Source of the DNA: an uncultured Gemmatimonadaceae bacterium
GTDB taxonomy: Bacteria > Gemmatimonadota > Gemmatimonadetes > Gemmatimonadales > Gemmatimonadaceae
Assembly (NCBI GenBank): GCA_963740355.1
Contig: CAVUDW010000003.1
Span: forward strand, 1,824,001-1,888,000
DNA length: 64,000 bases
Reading direction: 5' to 3'
The notes under the pieces are model-generated. The model made no database searches and was not told the origin of the DNA. It worked only from the letters and a program-made list of their open reading frames with translations. Below are positions 9,366 to 21,284 of this stretch, piece by piece. Numbering within the stretch: the first letter of the stretch is position 1; every line of letters starts with the position of its first letter. Both the position numbers and the translations under genes were made by a program.

Positions 9366-10661
9366 TCAGACGCGTTCGATGACCATCGCGAACCCCAGGC
9401 CGCCCGCCGCACACACCGTCAGCATGCCGAACTGCCCGCCGCGGCGCGCCAGCTCGTTGCACAACGTGGTGGTGACACGGGCACCGGTGGCGCCGAATGG
9501 ATGACCGATGGAAAGCGAGCCGCCCATCACGTTCAACTTCGCACGATCTACCTCGCCGAGCGGCTTCGTCAAGCCGGCGCGCTCGGCCCAGAACTGGCTC
9601 TCGAATCCGCGAAGATTGCTCAGCACCTGCGCGGCAAAGGCTTCGTGCATCTCGATCAGGTCGAGGTCGCGCAGTGTCAGGCCCGCGCGCTCGAGCGCCT
9701 TCGGGGCCGCGAGCACCGGCGCCTGCAACAGCTGTTCACCCGGATCGAGCGCAGCGCTGGCGTACGATCGGATGTAGCCGATGGGCTGATACCCGAGCGC
9801 CTTCGCCTTCTCCTCGCTCATCAGCAGCACGGCACCGGCACCATCGGTGAGCGGCGAGGCGTTGCCGGCAGTCACACTGCCATAGCGCTTGTCGAATACG
9901 GGCTTCAGTGCGGCCAACTGCTCGAGTGTGCTGTCCTCACGCACCCCGTTGTCGGTGGTCGCGATCTTCTCGTACTTCGGCGGCACGTACACCGGAAACA
10001 TCTCGGCCGAGAGGCGGCCATCGCGCAGTCCCGCGGCTGCAAGGCGATGCGAGCGGAGCGCGAACTCGTCCTGCTCCTGCCGCGAGATGTCATTCAGCTT
10101 CGCCATCTTCTCGGCACTCTGCCCCATCGTCTCGCCTGTGGTCGGCTCCGAGATGGCGGGGGCCACCGGCACCAGGTCCTTCGGACGGACGCGCGAGAAT
10201 GCGCTGAGCTTCTGGCTGATATTTTTCGCCTTGCTGGCGGCCATCAGCACATCGGCGAAGCCGCGTGAGTGCAGGATCGGCACATTCGACAGCGACTCGG
10301 CGCCGCCGGCGATGACGCAGTCCATGTGGCCGAGCGCGATCTGGTCGGCGGCGTCGGCGATGGCCTGGTTCGCGCTGGCGCAGGCTCGACTGACCGACCA
10401 GGCATCCACGCCCTTGGGCAGGATCGGCATCAGCGAGACTTCGCGTGCGATGTTCGGCGCCTGCACATTCTGCACGACGGTGCCGAAGACGACCGCGTCG
10501 ACGTCGGCGCCGTTGAGATTGGTCCGCTGCATCAGCTCTGCGACGCAGAGGCGCCCCAGTTCGATGGCGGAGAGCGACTTGAAGAGTGTGCCGGCCTTGG
10601 CGAACGGGGTACGGACACCCGTGATGATGGCCACGCGCCGCAGCGATCCATGCGATGACAT
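9366..10661 (-). CDS. fadI: Acetyl-CoA C-acyltransferase (thiolase)
   Basis: RTPFAK, VSRACAS, MHEAFAAQ, GHPFGATG, CAAGGLG. Confidence 0.92.
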   Translation of the reverse strand: MSSHGSLRRVAIITGVRTPFAKAGTLFKSLSAIELGRLCVAELMQRTNLNGADVDAVVFGTVVQNVQAPNIAREVSLMPILPKGVDAWSVSRACASANQAIADAADQIALGHMDCVIAGGAESLSNVPILHSRGFADVLMAASKAKNISQKLSAFSRVRPKDLVPVAPAISEPTTGETMGQSAEKMAKLNDISRQEQDEFALRSHRLAAAGLRDGRLSAEMFPVYVPPKYEKIATTDNGVREDSTLEQLAALKPVFDKRYGSVTAGNASPLTDGAGAVLLMSEEKAKALGYQPIGYIRSYASAALDPGEQLLQAPVLAAPKALERAGLTLRDLDLIEMHEAFAAQVLSNLRGFESQFWAERAGLTKPLGEVDRAKLNVMGGSLSIGHPFGATGARVTTTLCNELARRGGQFGMLTVCAAGGLGFAMVIERV

Positions 10662-10694
10662 TCTCGTAACTTAGTCCAGTAACGCGCCGCAGTT

Positions 10695-12416
10695 ATGCGC
10701 GTCACCCTCCGGCAGCCCGGAGTTCCCGACCATCTTCCCTGTTACGTGTCCCAGCCCTTTCAGCACGATCCTCGGACCGCGCCGTCTCTCGGCCTCGCTT
10801 CCCGGGCAGTGGCACGGGCGCGGCTGCACGAAGGGACATTCGACCTGCTGGTAGTGGGCGGTGGCATCACCGGTGCCGGCACCGCACGGGACGCAGCACT
10901 CCGCGGGTTGTCAGTGGCGCTGGTGGAGGCCGACGACTGGGCGAGTGGCACCTCATCGCGTTCCTCGCGGCTGGTGCACGGCGGCGTACGCTATCTGGAA
11001 CATGGGCATCTGCACCTCGTCTTCGAGGCGAGCCGTGAACGCCGCACGCTGCTGCAGATCGCGCCGCACCTCGTGCGTCCTTTGCGGTTCACCTGGCCGG
11101 TGTACAAGGGGGCCCGCATTCCGCGTTGGAAGCTGCGTGCCGGCCTGCTGGCCTATGACGCCCTCTCCCTGTTCCGGAACGTGGGGCCGCATCGCGGCGC
11201 CTCAAGACGAGACATCCTGCAACGCGAGCCGCTGTTACGAAAGGACGGCCTGGTGGGTGGCGCGCAGTACTGGGACGCCAGCACCGATGATGTCCGCCTG
11301 ACGATCGCCAACGTCGTCTCGGCGTCCGAGGCTGGTGCGGTGACGATCAACCATGCGCCGATCACCGCCTTCGTGCACGACGGCACCGGCAAGGTGCGCG
11401 GCGCGCAGTTGCTGGATCGGACCACGGGCGAGGCGATCGAAGTGCGCGCGCGCGTCGTCGTGAACGCGACCGGACCGTGGAGCGACATCACGCGTCGGCT
11501 GGACGACGGTGTCGAGCACGACGCAGTGCTGGGGAGCAAGGGAGTGCACATCGCCATTCCGCGCGATCGTGTTCCAGTGACCGATGCGCTGACGTTGCTG
11601 CATCCTGACGATGGCCGGGTGTTCTTCATCCTGCCGTCACCGGTGCATACCATCGTCGGCACCACCGAAACGCCAAGCGAGGCTGGCCCCAGTGATGTGC
11701 GCGCCAATCGCCGCGACGTGTCGTACCTGTTGAAGGCGGCGAACCATTTCTTCCCGACGGCGCTGCTGGCCGAACGTGATGTGATCAGCGCGTGGGCGGG
11801 CATTCGTCCACTGGTGGCACACGCGGGAACGAGCGCCAACGATGCATCGCGCGAACATCACATCGCGACCGCTGAATCGGGGCTGATCTCGGTCACCGGC
11901 GGCAAGCTCACCACCTATCGCGCGATGGCGAGCGAGATCGTGGACACCGTGGAGCGTGCACTCGGTCGCGCGTCGTCCACCGTCTCGATGACTGGTGACG
12001 CCGCGCTGCCGGGAGTTGGGAACCTGACCCACGATGCGGAAGTGAATGCGGCACAGGCCATCATCCCGGAGTCGGAAACGGCGGATCAACTCGTGCGCGC
12101 GTATGGCGATCGCTGGCGCATGGTGTGGGGGCTTTGCGAGCGTGAGCCGCTGCTTGGTGACCGACTCGATCCCGACCTGCCGTACATCGCGGCTGAAGTG
12201 TTGTGGGCTGCGGTAGCCGAAGGGGCGTGGACCGTCGCTGACGTGTTGGTGCGTCGCATGCCGATCGCCTACGAACGACAGGATGCAGGGCGAGCGCTGG
12301 CGGCTGAGGTGGCGGCGCTGCTCGGACGTGTGCATGGATGGGACAACGCCACCGTAGCAGAAGCCACGGTGGCGTTTGACGCGGAAGCGGCGCGGTTGTT
12401 CGGCATCGACGACTGA
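10695..12416 (+). CDS. glpD: FAD-dependent glycerol-3-phosphate dehydrogenase
   Basis: GGGITGAG, GTSSRSSRLVHGGVRYLE, VVNATGPW, GGKLTTYR. Start may be GTG ~10746. Confidence 0.88.
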   Translation: MRVTLRQPGVPDHLPCYVSQPFQHDPRTAPSLGLASRAVARARLHEGTFDLLVVGGGITGAGTARDAALRGLSVALVEADDWASGTSSRSSRLVHGGVRYLEHGHLHLVFEASRERRTLLQIAPHLVRPLRFTWPVYKGARIPRWKLRAGLLAYDALSLFRNVGPHRGASRRDILQREPLLRKDGLVGGAQYWDASTDDVRLTIANVVSASEAGAVTINHAPITAFVHDGTGKVRGAQLLDRTTGEAIEVRARVVVNATGPWSDITRRLDDGVEHDAVLGSKGVHIAIPRDRVPVTDALTLLHPDDGRVFFILPSPVHTIVGTTETPSEAGPSDVRANRRDVSYLLKAANHFFPTALLAERDVISAWAGIRPLVAHAGTSANDASREHHIATAESGLISVTGGKLTTYRAMASEIVDTVERALGRASSTVSMTGDAALPGVGNLTHDAEVNAAQAIIPESETADQLVRAYGDRWRMVWGLCEREPLLGDRLDPDLPYIAAEVLWAAVAEGAWTVADVLVRRMPIAYERQDAGRALAAEVAALLGRVHGWDNATVAEATVAFDAEAARLFGIDD

Positions 12417-12479
12417 ACCGCGCGCCCTTCCTCGTCCATCCTGTTCGATCTGTGCTGAATTGCTGCCCTCGTCGCGCGG

Positions 12480-12917
12480 CTACTTGACCGTCACGACCTT
12501 CACGCCGGCGACACTGGCGCCAGCCGAGACGTAGCCGATGGCGCCGGGAGTCGCCTTCACGAACGCGATCACGTCGTCATCGGAGGGCTTCACCGCTGGT
12601 GGCAATTCACCGCCGGCGAAGATCTGCTGCTGCCAGTAGGCATCGACCGCAGATGCTGGGCGGCCGAGCAACTTGCGCGCGAACGCGCCGCGTGTTGCGG
12701 AGCCCTTCGACTGGTCGACCGGCATCGCCGGGCCACCGCCGGGAAACCGCGCGATCCGCTTCAGGAACAGCCCGGCGACATCAGCCGAGGACAGTTCCGA
12801 GAGGGGGTTGGCGGAATTCACGACGACTTTGACATCGCCGTCCTGCGCCGAGGCGCGGGAGGGAGCAGCGAGAAGAATGGTCGCGCCGAGCGCGATGAAT
12901 GAGAGAAGTTTGCGCAT
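12480..12917 (-). CDS. Small periplasmic binding-protein-like protein (phosphate ABC substrate-binding-like family)
   Basis: Signal peptide; VVVNSANP, YWQQQIFAG, FVKATPGAIGYV. Confidence 0.75.
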   Translation of the reverse strand: MRKLLSFIALGATILLAAPSRASAQDGDVKVVVNSANPLSELSSADVAGLFLKRIARFPGGGPAMPVDQSKGSATRGAFARKLLGRPASAVDAYWQQQIFAGGELPPAVKPSDDDVIAFVKATPGAIGYVSAGASVAGVKVVTVK

Positions 12918-12928
12918 GGTCTGGGGCC

Positions 12929-14045
12929 TCAGAAGCTGACGGCAAAACTGCCGAGCCAGTAGCCGCCGCTGGACTTCGGTGCGATGGTGGTGTTGGCACC
13001 GACCGTCGTGATGAGTGGAACGAATCGGTCGAAGGCGTACCCGGTGACCTGGTGACGTTCGAGACGTACCAGAGCCCCGCCACCGAGACGATAGGTGGCA
13101 CCGAAACCGTAGTCCTTGGTGGCATCGACATCGACGTTCTGCGCGGGTGGCGCCTGGAAGATGCGATTGTTGGTCAAGCTCGCCTGTGCCGCAACGTCGA
13201 AGCGTTCATGCAGCGTGACGACAGCCTCGCCGGAGTAGCTCTTGCGATCCTGATTGGGCGTGGTGCCGTAGACACGCAGCGCTTCGGCGCGAAGCACGGT
13301 GCGCGGGATGTAGCGGGTCTCGCCGGAATAGAGAATCTCCTGGCGTGTGCCACGTGCGCCATCGGTATCGATCTTGTAGTCGGCGAAGTAGGCGCCGAGC
13401 CGCGATTCACCGACGGGGAAGTTGATCCAGCCCTGCGCGCCCTTGAGGCTATTGCCGCGGAAGGCACGAATCGAGTTGCCGGTGGCGGTGATGACCTGAG
13501 TGCGCACTTCGTTGCTGCCGCCGAAGCCGTTGAAGTCGAAGCTGAAGCCGCTGCCAAGCTGCAGGCGCTTGGTGTAGACCACACCGTCGACCGTCTCGCG
13601 GCCTTCGCCGTAGATCTCGAATGACGGGCGGTAGAACGGCAACACCGTTCCGACGAAGCGGATCTCATTGAAGATGCCGCGCGGCATCGGTGCGCGCCCG
13701 ACCTTCACCGTGCCCCAATCACCACGTCGTTGCCAGAAGGCCCACTGCAATGCCACATCGGGCAGCGCGGCCTGCAACGGGCTGGTGCCGAGCCGACGAT
13801 TGAGCAGCTGCACGACGAACTGGTCGTGCTCATTCATCTTGTACCGGAATTGCACCATCGCATTCCGGTAGTCGTAGGTGGCGGCGCGCGGAATTCCGAG
13901 CAGCGGGAGACTGTCTGCGCGGCCGAAGCCGGCATTCAGCGCCGCGTGAAACTCGAATTGTGACTCAGCACCTTGTGCGTCGGAACGCTGCGGGTGCAGA
14001 GGCACCGGCAACGAGCGCAGCGGTGATCAAATGACGAAGTCGCAT
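12929..14045 (-). CDS. Putative outer-membrane beta-barrel/porin-like protein with an apparent frameshift near the 5' end
   Basis: C-terminal Phe (WLGSFAVSF), beta-strand pattern, VKVGR motif. A signal peptide starting at ATG 14045 is out of frame with the body. Confidence 0.65.
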
Positions 14046-14187
14046 ACAAACGTGGGTGGGGGTGAACCGAACGAGCCTGTTACTGATTGTCGGTTCCCCA
14101 GACGCGCGACTAAATCATTGCGCGACTTGCACGGCAGCGGTGTGTCCGTGTTGCGGTATTACCTGCGCGGCAATGTGAATTTCCGCC

Positions 14188-14205
14188 AATCTCACGCGTG
14201 AGATT
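14188..14205. promoter_or_regulatory. Perfect 18-bp palindrome, candidate operator
   Basis: AATCTCACGCGTGAGATT in a relatively AT-rich intergenic region upstream of the porin-like gene. Confidence 0.4.
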
Positions 14206-14467
14206 CTGCCAATTTTCGCACAGTATCCAGCAAGAAAATTGCGTTCGATTCGACACTGGTTTGTGTGATGAGTGTAACGACGAACGCCACCGCGCAGTAT
14301 CGGCGGTGGCGTGTGTCATCGAAGGAACGGCAGTGCAGAATATCGAGCGAACATCAGGACAGCATGACGTGTCGAGCGCAGAGTGAACCAGCGTGGGAAT
14401 TCCTGGAAGCCGTGTCGTGTCGACGTCCTCGCGCGCGGAACGGTGACGCTTCGGCGTGCGGGCGCCG

Positions 14468-14947
14468 TCAGTCCGCGACTTCGAGCTGATGGAACGTGAC
14501 GAGCTCGACGATAGTGAGCCGCCGCGTGCGGGCGGGCAGCTTGAACAGCACTGTTTCGCCGACTGCGCGGTTCTGCAGCGCGAGGCCGATCGGGGAGGAC
14601 ATGCTCACCTGCCCATCGACCAGTTCGCCGCCGTCACCAAAGACGAGCTCGTAGACTTCGCGCTCTTCGCTGACATTGTCCTCGACCGTCACTCGGCTGC
14701 CGAGCCCGACGCGATCGGTCGGGATCTGCGTGATGTCGATGTCGGAGAGCTTGCTGAGGCGCTGGACCAGCTGGCCGAGGCGCGCCTGGACGAAGCGCTG
14801 CCGCTCGAGGGCCGCCTTGTATTCGCTGTTCTCGCGGAGGTCGCCATGGTCGACAGCCTTCTTGATCTCCTGCGGGAGCGTCACCGCCAGCTCGTGTCGC
14901 AGTTTGGCGACTTCGCTGGAGAGCTTTTCCTTGAGGGCCTCGATCAT
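14468..14947 (-). CDS. greA: GreA/GreB family transcription elongation factor
   Basis: HGDLRENSEYKAA with the acidic pair conserved; VGLGSRV; SSPIGLAL. Confidence 0.85.
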   Translation of the reverse strand: MIEALKEKLSSEVAKLRHELAVTLPQEIKKAVDHGDLRENSEYKAALERQRFVQARLGQLVQRLSKLSDIDITQIPTDRVGLGSRVTVEDNVSEEREVYELVFGDGGELVDGQVSMSSPIGLALQNRAVGETVLFKLPARTRRLTIVELVTFHQLEVAD

Positions 14948-15090
14948 GGGACCAACCGTTGCTGCACGGGGAAACGACTGCGCCCGGCCAACAGGGGCCG
15001 GGCGGGAGAGCTGAAAGTACGTTCCGAGGATTCCCGGCACAATAAGGTCACGGCGAGGTCATCAGTGGAGCGGCATGGCAGAGTCAGGTT

Positions 15091-15885
15091 GTGATTGAGA
15101 TCATTGCGCACGATGGCGTGACCCAGTGGCGCACCGCCTCCTTCCTCAGCCGACGGTTCGGCTATTCGGCGAGCCTGTTCCTGACGGCCGACGGCGTGCT
15201 GGTGGATACGGGCATCCCGGTGGTGGCCCGCGAGCTGTCGGCGCTACTCGACCGCAACCCGGTGCGCGGGGTGGTGGTGACCCACCATCACGAGGACCAC
15301 GCGGGGAACGTGGAGTTGCTGGCCCGTCGCGGCCTGCCGATCTGGATGCCGGAGGCGACTCGACCGCTGGTGACGTCGGTGGAGCCGATCCGCGCCTACC
15401 GGCGCCTGACCTGGACCTCGATGCCGCCGCTCCGGTCGGCCGTGGTGCCGTTCGCGCTGGACCCGCTGGTTGCGATCCCGACGCCCGGCCATGCGCCCGA
15501 CCACCACGCGATCTGGGACGCCGCGACGCGCACCCTCTTCAGCGGGGACCTGTTTCTTGGCGTCGCGGTGCGCATCACGCATCACGACGAGGATCCCTGG
15601 GCCTCGATCGAGTCGCTGGAACGTGCGGCAGCACTGGAACCAGCGCGAATGTTCTGCGCCCACCGCGGGCTCGTCCCCAACGCGGCAGCGGCGCTCCGAG
15701 CCAAGGCCACCTGGACGCGCGCATTGATCGCCACATTGACCGAGCAGATCACCCGCGGCGCGACCGATGCGCAGATCCTCAAGTCCGTGATGGGCGGCGA
15801 ATCACTCACGGGCTGGATGAGCGGCGGCGAATACTCGCGCCGCAACTTCATCCGCGCGGTTCGTGCGCGGAGCAGTCCGGACTGA
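15091..15885 (+). CDS. MBL-fold metallo-hydrolase
   Basis: THHHEDHAG, TPGHAPDH, LFSGD, CAH. Confidence 0.88.
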   Translation: MIEIIAHDGVTQWRTASFLSRRFGYSASLFLTADGVLVDTGIPVVARELSALLDRNPVRGVVVTHHHEDHAGNVELLARRGLPIWMPEATRPLVTSVEPIRAYRRLTWTSMPPLRSAVVPFALDPLVAIPTPGHAPDHHAIWDAATRTLFSGDLFLGVAVRITHHDEDPWASIESLERAAALEPARMFCAHRGLVPNAAAALRAKATWTRALIATLTEQITRGATDAQILKSVMGGESLTGWMSGGEYSRRNFIRAVRARSSPD

Positions 15886-15944
15886 CTGAAACTGTGTCAC
15901 GCAGAGGACTGCAACTGCAAAACGCAGAGTAGCTGTGTTGAAAG

Positions 15945-17500
<1,556 letters not shown>

Positions 17501-17542
17501 CAGTTATCGATCGCTCAAGCATCACGAACCAGGAGAGTATTG

Positions 17543-18526
17543 ATGGAATACACGACGCTGGGCAAGACTGGACTGGTGGTCTCTCGGCTGGCGCTGGGAT
17601 GCATGAGTTATGGCGATCCGAAGTGGCGCAGCTGGGTGCTGGACGAGGAGGCGTCGCAGCCGTTCTTTCGGCGCGCGATCGAAGCCGGGATCAACTTCTT
17701 CGATACCTCCGACATGTATTCCATCGGCGTCAGCGAGGAAGTCACCGGGCGGGCGTTGCGGCGCTACGGCAACCTGGACGAGATCGTGATCGCGACCAAG
17801 GTGCATTTCGCGATGGGCGCCGGGCCGAACATGAAGGGGCTCGGACGGAAGCACATCGTGCAGGCGTGTGAAGCATCGCTCAAGCGACTCGGCGTCGAGA
17901 CCATCGATCTCTATCAGATCCACCGACTCGACCGATCGGTGCCGATGGAGGAAACCCTCGAGGCGCTCGATCATCTCGTGCGCAGCGGCAAGGTGCGCTA
18001 CCTAGGTGCGAGCACCATGTACGGCTGGGAGTTCGCCAAGGCGCTCCACACCAGCAATGCACATGGCTGGGCGCGATTCGTCAGCATGCAGAACCACTAC
18101 AACCTGCTCTATCGCGAAGAGGAGCGGGAAATGATGCCGCTCTGCGAGAGTTATGGGATCGGGGTCATTCCATGGTCGCCGATTGCGCGCGGGCTGCTGG
18201 CGGGGCGTCCGCGGGCGCAGGCCGGTGGCGTGACAGCGCGAGCGGCGTTCGATGCCTCGAGTGTGGACTACCTCTATGATCATCCAACCGACGACGCCGT
18301 GATTGCCGCGGTGCGTGCCGTGTCGGACGCGCGTGGCATTCCGATGGCGCAAATCGCGCTGGCGTGGCTGCTGCAACGCCCCGGCGTGACGGCGCCGATC
18401 GTTGGTGCGACCAAGGTGGCGCAACTGGATGATGCGATTGCGGCACTGGATGTCGAACTCACGGCCGACGAGTGTGCGTCGATGGAAGCGCCATACACGG
18501 CACATGAAGTGCGCGGGTGGATGTAG
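17543..18526 (+). CDS. Aldo/keto reductase
   Basis: LGKTGLVVSRLALGCM, INFFDTSDMY, IDLYQIHR, MQNHYNLLYREEE, PWSPIARG. Confidence 0.93.
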   Translation: MEYTTLGKTGLVVSRLALGCMSYGDPKWRSWVLDEEASQPFFRRAIEAGINFFDTSDMYSIGVSEEVTGRALRRYGNLDEIVIATKVHFAMGAGPNMKGLGRKHIVQACEASLKRLGVETIDLYQIHRLDRSVPMEETLEALDHLVRSGKVRYLGASTMYGWEFAKALHTSNAHGWARFVSMQNHYNLLYREEEREMMPLCESYGIGVIPWSPIARGLLAGRPRAQAGGVTARAAFDASSVDYLYDHPTDDAVIAAVRAVSDARGIPMAQIALAWLLQRPGVTAPIVGATKVAQLDDAIAALDVELTADECASMEAPYTAHEVRGWM

Positions 18527-18562
18527 CGCGGCAGCGCATCGCATCGAGAGGTGAGCCAAGCG

Positions 18563-18602
18563 AAACGGCACGCGCACCGGGACTCGGTGCGCGTGCCGTT
18601 TT
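18563..18602. terminator. Bidirectional intrinsic terminator
   Basis: AAACGGCACGCGCACCG-GGACT-CGGTGCGCGTGCCGTTT between convergent genes. Confidence 0.75.
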
Positions 18603-18650
18603 CATCTCGTGCGATGTCAGAGCCAGCCTTCGCGGCCGGCCAGTCGGTCG

Positions 18651-19148
18651 CTACTTCATCGCCTTCAGTTCGGCGGCCGTCCAGGCAGTGGTGCGCGTTG
18701 CATACTTCGCGCGAACCGCACGCACCTGCGCCGCGGTCACGGCTGCGCCCTTGTTACCCCACTGGCTGCGCGCGTAGGTCAGCGTCGCGGCCAGGTCTTC
18801 ATCATTCAGCACGCCGCCCCACGCCATCATCGCGCCGTTGTAACTCGCCCCCTTGACGGTGATCGGCCCCTGCAGACCATGGAGCACGATCGCGATCGGG
18901 ATGTCCGCGCGACCATTCAGCCACTCCGAGCCAGCCAGCGGCGGAAAGGCACCCGGCAGCCCGACGCCAGTCGCCTGATGACAAACCTGGCACACCTCGA
19001 CGTACTTATTGACGGGCGGTGCCGTGGGTGCGATCGCGTGCACGACCGGACGCTCGGCGGCGGCGGCCGGCTGGCGAGTACCAACAAACGCAGTGGCCGC
19101 GGCGAGGCAACCGGCGAGTACGAGGCTACGAATCACTGGCAGCGACAT
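18651..19148 (-). CDS. Cytochrome c
   Basis: Signal peptide; CQVCH; GAFPPLAGSEW; YNGAM. Confidence 0.9.
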   Translation of the reverse strand: MSLPVIRSLVLAGCLAAATAFVGTRQPAAAAERPVVHAIAPTAPPVNKYVEVCQVCHQATGVGLPGAFPPLAGSEWLNGRADIPIAIVLHGLQGPITVKGASYNGAMMAWGGVLNDEDLAATLTYARSQWGNKGAAVTAAQVRAVRAKYATRTTAWTAAELKAMK

Positions 19149-19216
19149 GGCGATTGACCAGGGTGAAGGACGAGAACCAGCTGAGTATACCCGGCGACTG
19201 CGAAAAAGGCTGCGGC

Positions 19217-20419
19217 CTACTTCGACCGCTCCAACGCCTGCTCGATGTCAGCGATGATGTCGTCCCGATGCTCGAGCCCGACGGAAATGCGGACCAGGCC
19301 CGGCACGATGCCCACCTGCAGCCGTTCCGCTTCCGACAGCTTGGAGTGTGTGGTCGATGTTGGGTGCGTCACGATGCTGCGCACATCGCCAAGATTGGGC
19401 GTGTGTGACAGCAACTCGAGCGCATCGAGGAATCGGCGCGCCCGTTCCAGGCCACCGCGCAATTCGAGCACCACGATACCACCACCCGCCGACATCTGCT
19501 TCTTCGCCAACGCGTGATCGGGATGGCTGGCGAGGTACGGATACCGCACGAAGTCCAGCTCAGCGTGATGCTCGAAGTGCGTCGCCACCGCCATCGCGTT
19601 CGCGCAGTGACGTTCCATGCGCACCGACAGCGTCTCGAGGCTCTTCGAGAGCACCCACGCGTTGAACGGCGACATCGCCGGACCGGTGTGCCGGATGAAG
19701 AACTGCAGTTCGGCGATCAGGTCCTTCCGGCCCACCACCACGCCACCAAGCGTACGCCCCTGCCCGTCGATGAACTTGGTGGCGGAATGCACGACCAGAT
19801 GCGCCCCGAACCTGATCGGCTGCTGCAACATCGGCGTCGTGAAACAGTTATCCACCACGAACATCAGCCCACGATCGGCGCAGAGTGTGCCGAGCATCTC
19901 CAGATCGATCAGCGCCAGGCCCGGGTTGGATGGCGTTTCGACGAACACGATCTTCGTGGACGGCAGCACCGCAGCGGCCCATGTCTCCGGTGACGCATCG
20001 GCATCGACGTAGGTGGCCGTGATGCCCCACCGCGGAAAGAGCTTCGTGAAGAGCTGATGCGTGGAACCGAAAAGCGCGCGGGACGCCACGAGATGATCAC
20101 CGCTACGCAGATAAGCCGCCATGCTGCCGAACACCGCCGCCATCCCGCTCGCGAACGCGATCCCAGCCTCGGCCCCTTCGAGCTGCGCCATCTTGGCCAC
20201 GAACTCGTCGGTGTTCGGGTTCGAGTAGCGGCTGTAGATGTTGCCCGTGATCTCATCCGAGAACAGTGCGCGCGCCTGTTCCGCGTCATCGAACACGAAG
20301 CTCGAGGTCAGGTAAAGCGGCGTGGAGTGTTCCCGCTCGGCCGTCCGCGCGGTTTGCGTACGGATCGCGATCGTATCGGGATGAAGCGGTCGGCGGGGTC
20401 GGTCGGGCTGGTCAGCCAC
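19217..20419 (-). CDS. metZ: O-succinylhomoserine sulfhydrylase (Cys/Met PLP-dependent enzyme)
   Basis: EHSTPLYLTSSF, YSRYSNP, ETPSNP, VVDNCF, HSATKFIDGQGR. Confidence 0.85.
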   Translation of the reverse strand: MADQPDRPRRPLHPDTIAIRTQTARTAEREHSTPLYLTSSFVFDDAEQARALFSDEITGNIYSRYSNPNTDEFVAKMAQLEGAEAGIAFASGMAAVFGSMAAYLRSGDHLVASRALFGSTHQLFTKLFPRWGITATYVDADASPETWAAAVLPSTKIVFVETPSNPGLALIDLEMLGTLCADRGLMFVVDNCFTTPMLQQPIRFGAHLVVHSATKFIDGQGRTLGGVVVGRKDLIAELQFFIRHTGPAMSPFNAWVLSKSLETLSVRMERHCANAMAVATHFEHHAELDFVRYPYLASHPDHALAKKQMSAGGGIVVLELRGGLERARRFLDALELLSHTPNLGDVRSIVTHPTSTTHSKLSEAERLQVGIVPGLVRISVGLEHRDDIIADIEQALERSK

Positions 20420-20628
20420 ACGGATCTCAGAACGGGTGCAGGGCACGACAACGCGAGAATGGAATCCTATTAGGCCGAGGCCGGTGTGGCACCGGGCGCG
20501 GCGCACAAACGGAAAGGAGCGGTTCGGGGTACTGTCTGATGTGGGCGCGGCGCCGAACGGTGATGCGCTCCACCTCTCCCCCGCAGCCGGGTGCGCTGCG
20601 GGGTGTCACAAATTCCTTGGAGACACGA

Positions 20629-21108
20629 ATGACGCGATTCATGCGCGCTGCAGCCCTCACGGCTGCGCTCCTGATCGGCACGAGTATCACGGCTGGCGCA
20701 CAGGGTGGTCCTCCGGGCGGTGGTCCGCCGGGTGGTGGAATGGGTGGACGTCGCGCGCCGGATGCGATGGCGCTGCTCGAGAAGCCACTGGCTGGCATCG
20801 ACGGCCTGACGGCGGCCCAGAAGGACACGCTGACCAAGATCGAGACCACGTACAAGGCGAAGTTCACGACCTCGAGCACGGCGATGCGTGAGGCGATGAT
20901 GGCCGCGCGCCAGGCCGGCGGCGCCCCTGACATGGCCGCGATGATGAAGATGCGCGAAGGGATGACCGCGATGCGCAAGGAAGAGCTGGCCCTGGCGCGC
21001 GCTGTCCTGACCTCGGCACAGACGGCCAAGTTCGACGAAAACGTCAAGGCCGAGGACGCAGAACGCGAGGCACAGCGTGGCCGGATGGGTGGCGGCCCGC
21101 CGCGGTAA
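20629..21108 (+). CDS. Spy/CpxP-like (LTXXQ) periplasmic protein
   Basis: Signal peptide; GLTAAQ and VLTSAQ motifs; Met/Gly-rich. Confidence 0.65.
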   Translation: MTRFMRAAALTAALLIGTSITAGAQGGPPGGGPPGGGMGGRRAPDAMALLEKPLAGIDGLTAAQKDTLTKIETTYKAKFTTSSTAMREAMMAARQAGGAPDMAAMMKMREGMTAMRKEELALARAVLTSAQTAKFDENVKAEDAEREAQRGRMGGGPPR

Positions 21109-21141
21109 TTCGGCGAAAAAGTCGCTGGACCGATGTAATTG

Positions 21142-21186
21142 ACGGGGTGGGGCGGCGGCGGAACTTGCCAGCCCCGCCCCGTTTTC
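21142..21186 (+). terminator. Probable intrinsic terminator
   Basis: ACGGGGTGGGGC...GCCCCGCCCCGT followed by a T run. Confidence 0.55.
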
Positions 21187-21284
21187 ACATTCTGGATGCA
21201 TTCTTCCGTTACGCCCCAACGCAACGGCGCCGCGTCGGTGCCGTCGTGTTGCGGCGCATTGGTCATTCCACGAGGAACTCACGC

